NCBI GenBank assembly: GCA_016184305.1
Contig: JACPCX010000179.1
Coordinates: 11,613-75,612 of the forward strand
Reading direction: 5' to 3'
Length of the DNA stretch: 64,000 nucleotides
DNA from: Candidatus Rokuibacteriota bacterium
GTDB lineage: Bacteria > Methylomirabilota > Methylomirabilia > Rokubacteriales > CSP1-6
Under the pieces are notes generated by a model, which was not told the DNA's origin, did not search any database, and saw only the letters and a list, made by a program, of their open reading frames with translations. Shown here one piece after another: positions 63,133 to 64,000 of the stretch. Positions within the stretch are counted from its first letter, which is position 1. Each line of letters opens with the position of its first letter. A program made the translations under genes and the position numbers.

Positions 63133-63318
63133 GCCCACGAGCCCTCCCTCTCGCTCACGGGCGGCCGCGAGGCGCTGTCGCCGAATCAGGTGGCGCAACC
63201 AGTCTGACACGTCCCGCTTGCGAAGTTATCACAGCGGTGTCACATGTCGCACGGGGCTGGGAGAGCGCGGCGGGGCGCGGGATCGCGTGGCGGACGGACG
63301 CGGGGATACGGCTCGAAT

Positions 63319-63942
63319 CTAATCGTCGGCCAAGCGCACTCCAGACGAGGTCACGAGCACGGGGTGGCGCCCCCCATGCTCGAGGTGTTGCGGGAGCCTC
63401 CACTCATCGAGCACCGCCGGGATCCGGTCCGCCATGGTGGCGCCGTAGGAGTCCAGGAACTCCCTGGTGAAGACGACACGATGGACGATCCGGCCCTCGG
63501 CGGTGAGGATGACAAACGCCTGCCCTTCGCGGACGGGATCCCAGGACGCGATCACGGTGCAGTCGCGGAAATGATCCCGGAGATAGGTGTCGGCCTGACC
63601 CAGTGCCGTGGCGTTCGCGATGGGATGCTGGGGCGTGCCCGGGGAGAACGGCGCTTCCAGCCGGATGATGGAGTAGCCGATCGTCCGGAGCTCGTGGGCC
63701 GTGGCGTGGACCCCGCGGCGCTCGCTCCCCCGGCGCTCCGTGGACGTGGAGGCGGCGTGGCCACGCCGCCCGTTCCTGCGGCGGTCCGCGTGGCGGCGGT
63801 CCATCACGACGCTGACGTCGCCTTCCGGGAACTCGTGGGTGAGATGACCGAGCAGTTCCGCGCGCTCCCGTGCCACCACGAACAGAACTCGGGCCTTGCC
63901 CCCTGTTTTCTCCACCCGTCGCTGCGTCGAGGTGCCCACCAT
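63319..63942 (-). CDS. hypothetical protein
   Basis: 207-aa ORF with good GC3. Arg-rich low-complexity linker (DRRHADRRRNGRRG...ERRGSERRG) between two short globular parts. No domain recognised. Confidence 0.5.
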   Translation of the reverse strand: MVGTSTQRRVEKTGGKARVLFVVARERAELLGHLTHEFPEGDVSVVMDRRHADRRRNGRRGHAASTSTERRGSERRGVHATAHELRTIGYSIIRLEAPFSPGTPQHPIANATALGQADTYLRDHFRDCTVIASWDPVREGQAFVILTAEGRIVHRVVFTREFLDSYGATMADRIPAVLDEWRLPQHLEHGGRHPVLVTSSGVRLADD

Positions 63943-64000
63943 CGCTCCACTTGTACGCAGTTCTTGCAGATTTGATGCCGGACACCTGTGTTCCGTGAAA

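Overview
High-GC (roughly 68-70%) bacterial chromosomal segment, almost entirely coding, from a diderm (LPS-making) organism. The lineage cannot be named from sequence alone. Many neighbouring genes overlap by GTGA/ATGA, which suggests translational coupling. Left half, housekeeping genes: CBS/tRNA nucleotidyltransferase (partial), then pyrG-kdsA-kdsD-kdsC-lptC-lptA-lptB-rpoN-hpf-rapZ, a GH57 glycoside hydrolase, metK, ahcY, a UPF0182 membrane protein, lptF and lptG with no stop codon between them (minus strand), valS, birA, coaX, an IMPDH-like gene, guaA, dnaE interrupted by a full-size intein, accA, miaB, a DUF151 nuclease and a glycosyltransferase. Right half (about 38-59 kb), an accessory-looking CoA-thioester catabolic island: PaaA-like di-iron protein, Liv-type ABC transporter, PaaI thioesterase, hydantoinase/oxoprolinase A and B, MaoC dehydratase, SDR, thiolase plus DUF35, split B12-dependent acyl-CoA mutase, molybdopterin hydroxylase large subunit, acyl-CoA dehydrogenase and PaaK-type ligase. 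The island carries several visible gene lesions: a deletion, 23-bp and 10-bp tandem duplications, and two gene stubs. The window ends with bactofilin plus a TPR protein, a Zn-ribbon NUDIX protein, and two convergent radical SAM genes (one B12-binding, one SPASM-like). The most unusual signal is non-coding. Family A is a 65-69-nt structured repeat I do not recognise. It forms arrays of 4, 1 and 3 copies immediately upstream of guaA, the PaaA-like gene and hyuA, and two arrays end exactly at the start codon. Family B is a ~60-nt repeat that brackets kdsA, is read through as the KdsA N-terminus, and also sits at the centre of a 211-bp stop-to-stop palindrome. No rRNA, tRNA, CRISPR array, transposase or prophage genes were seen.
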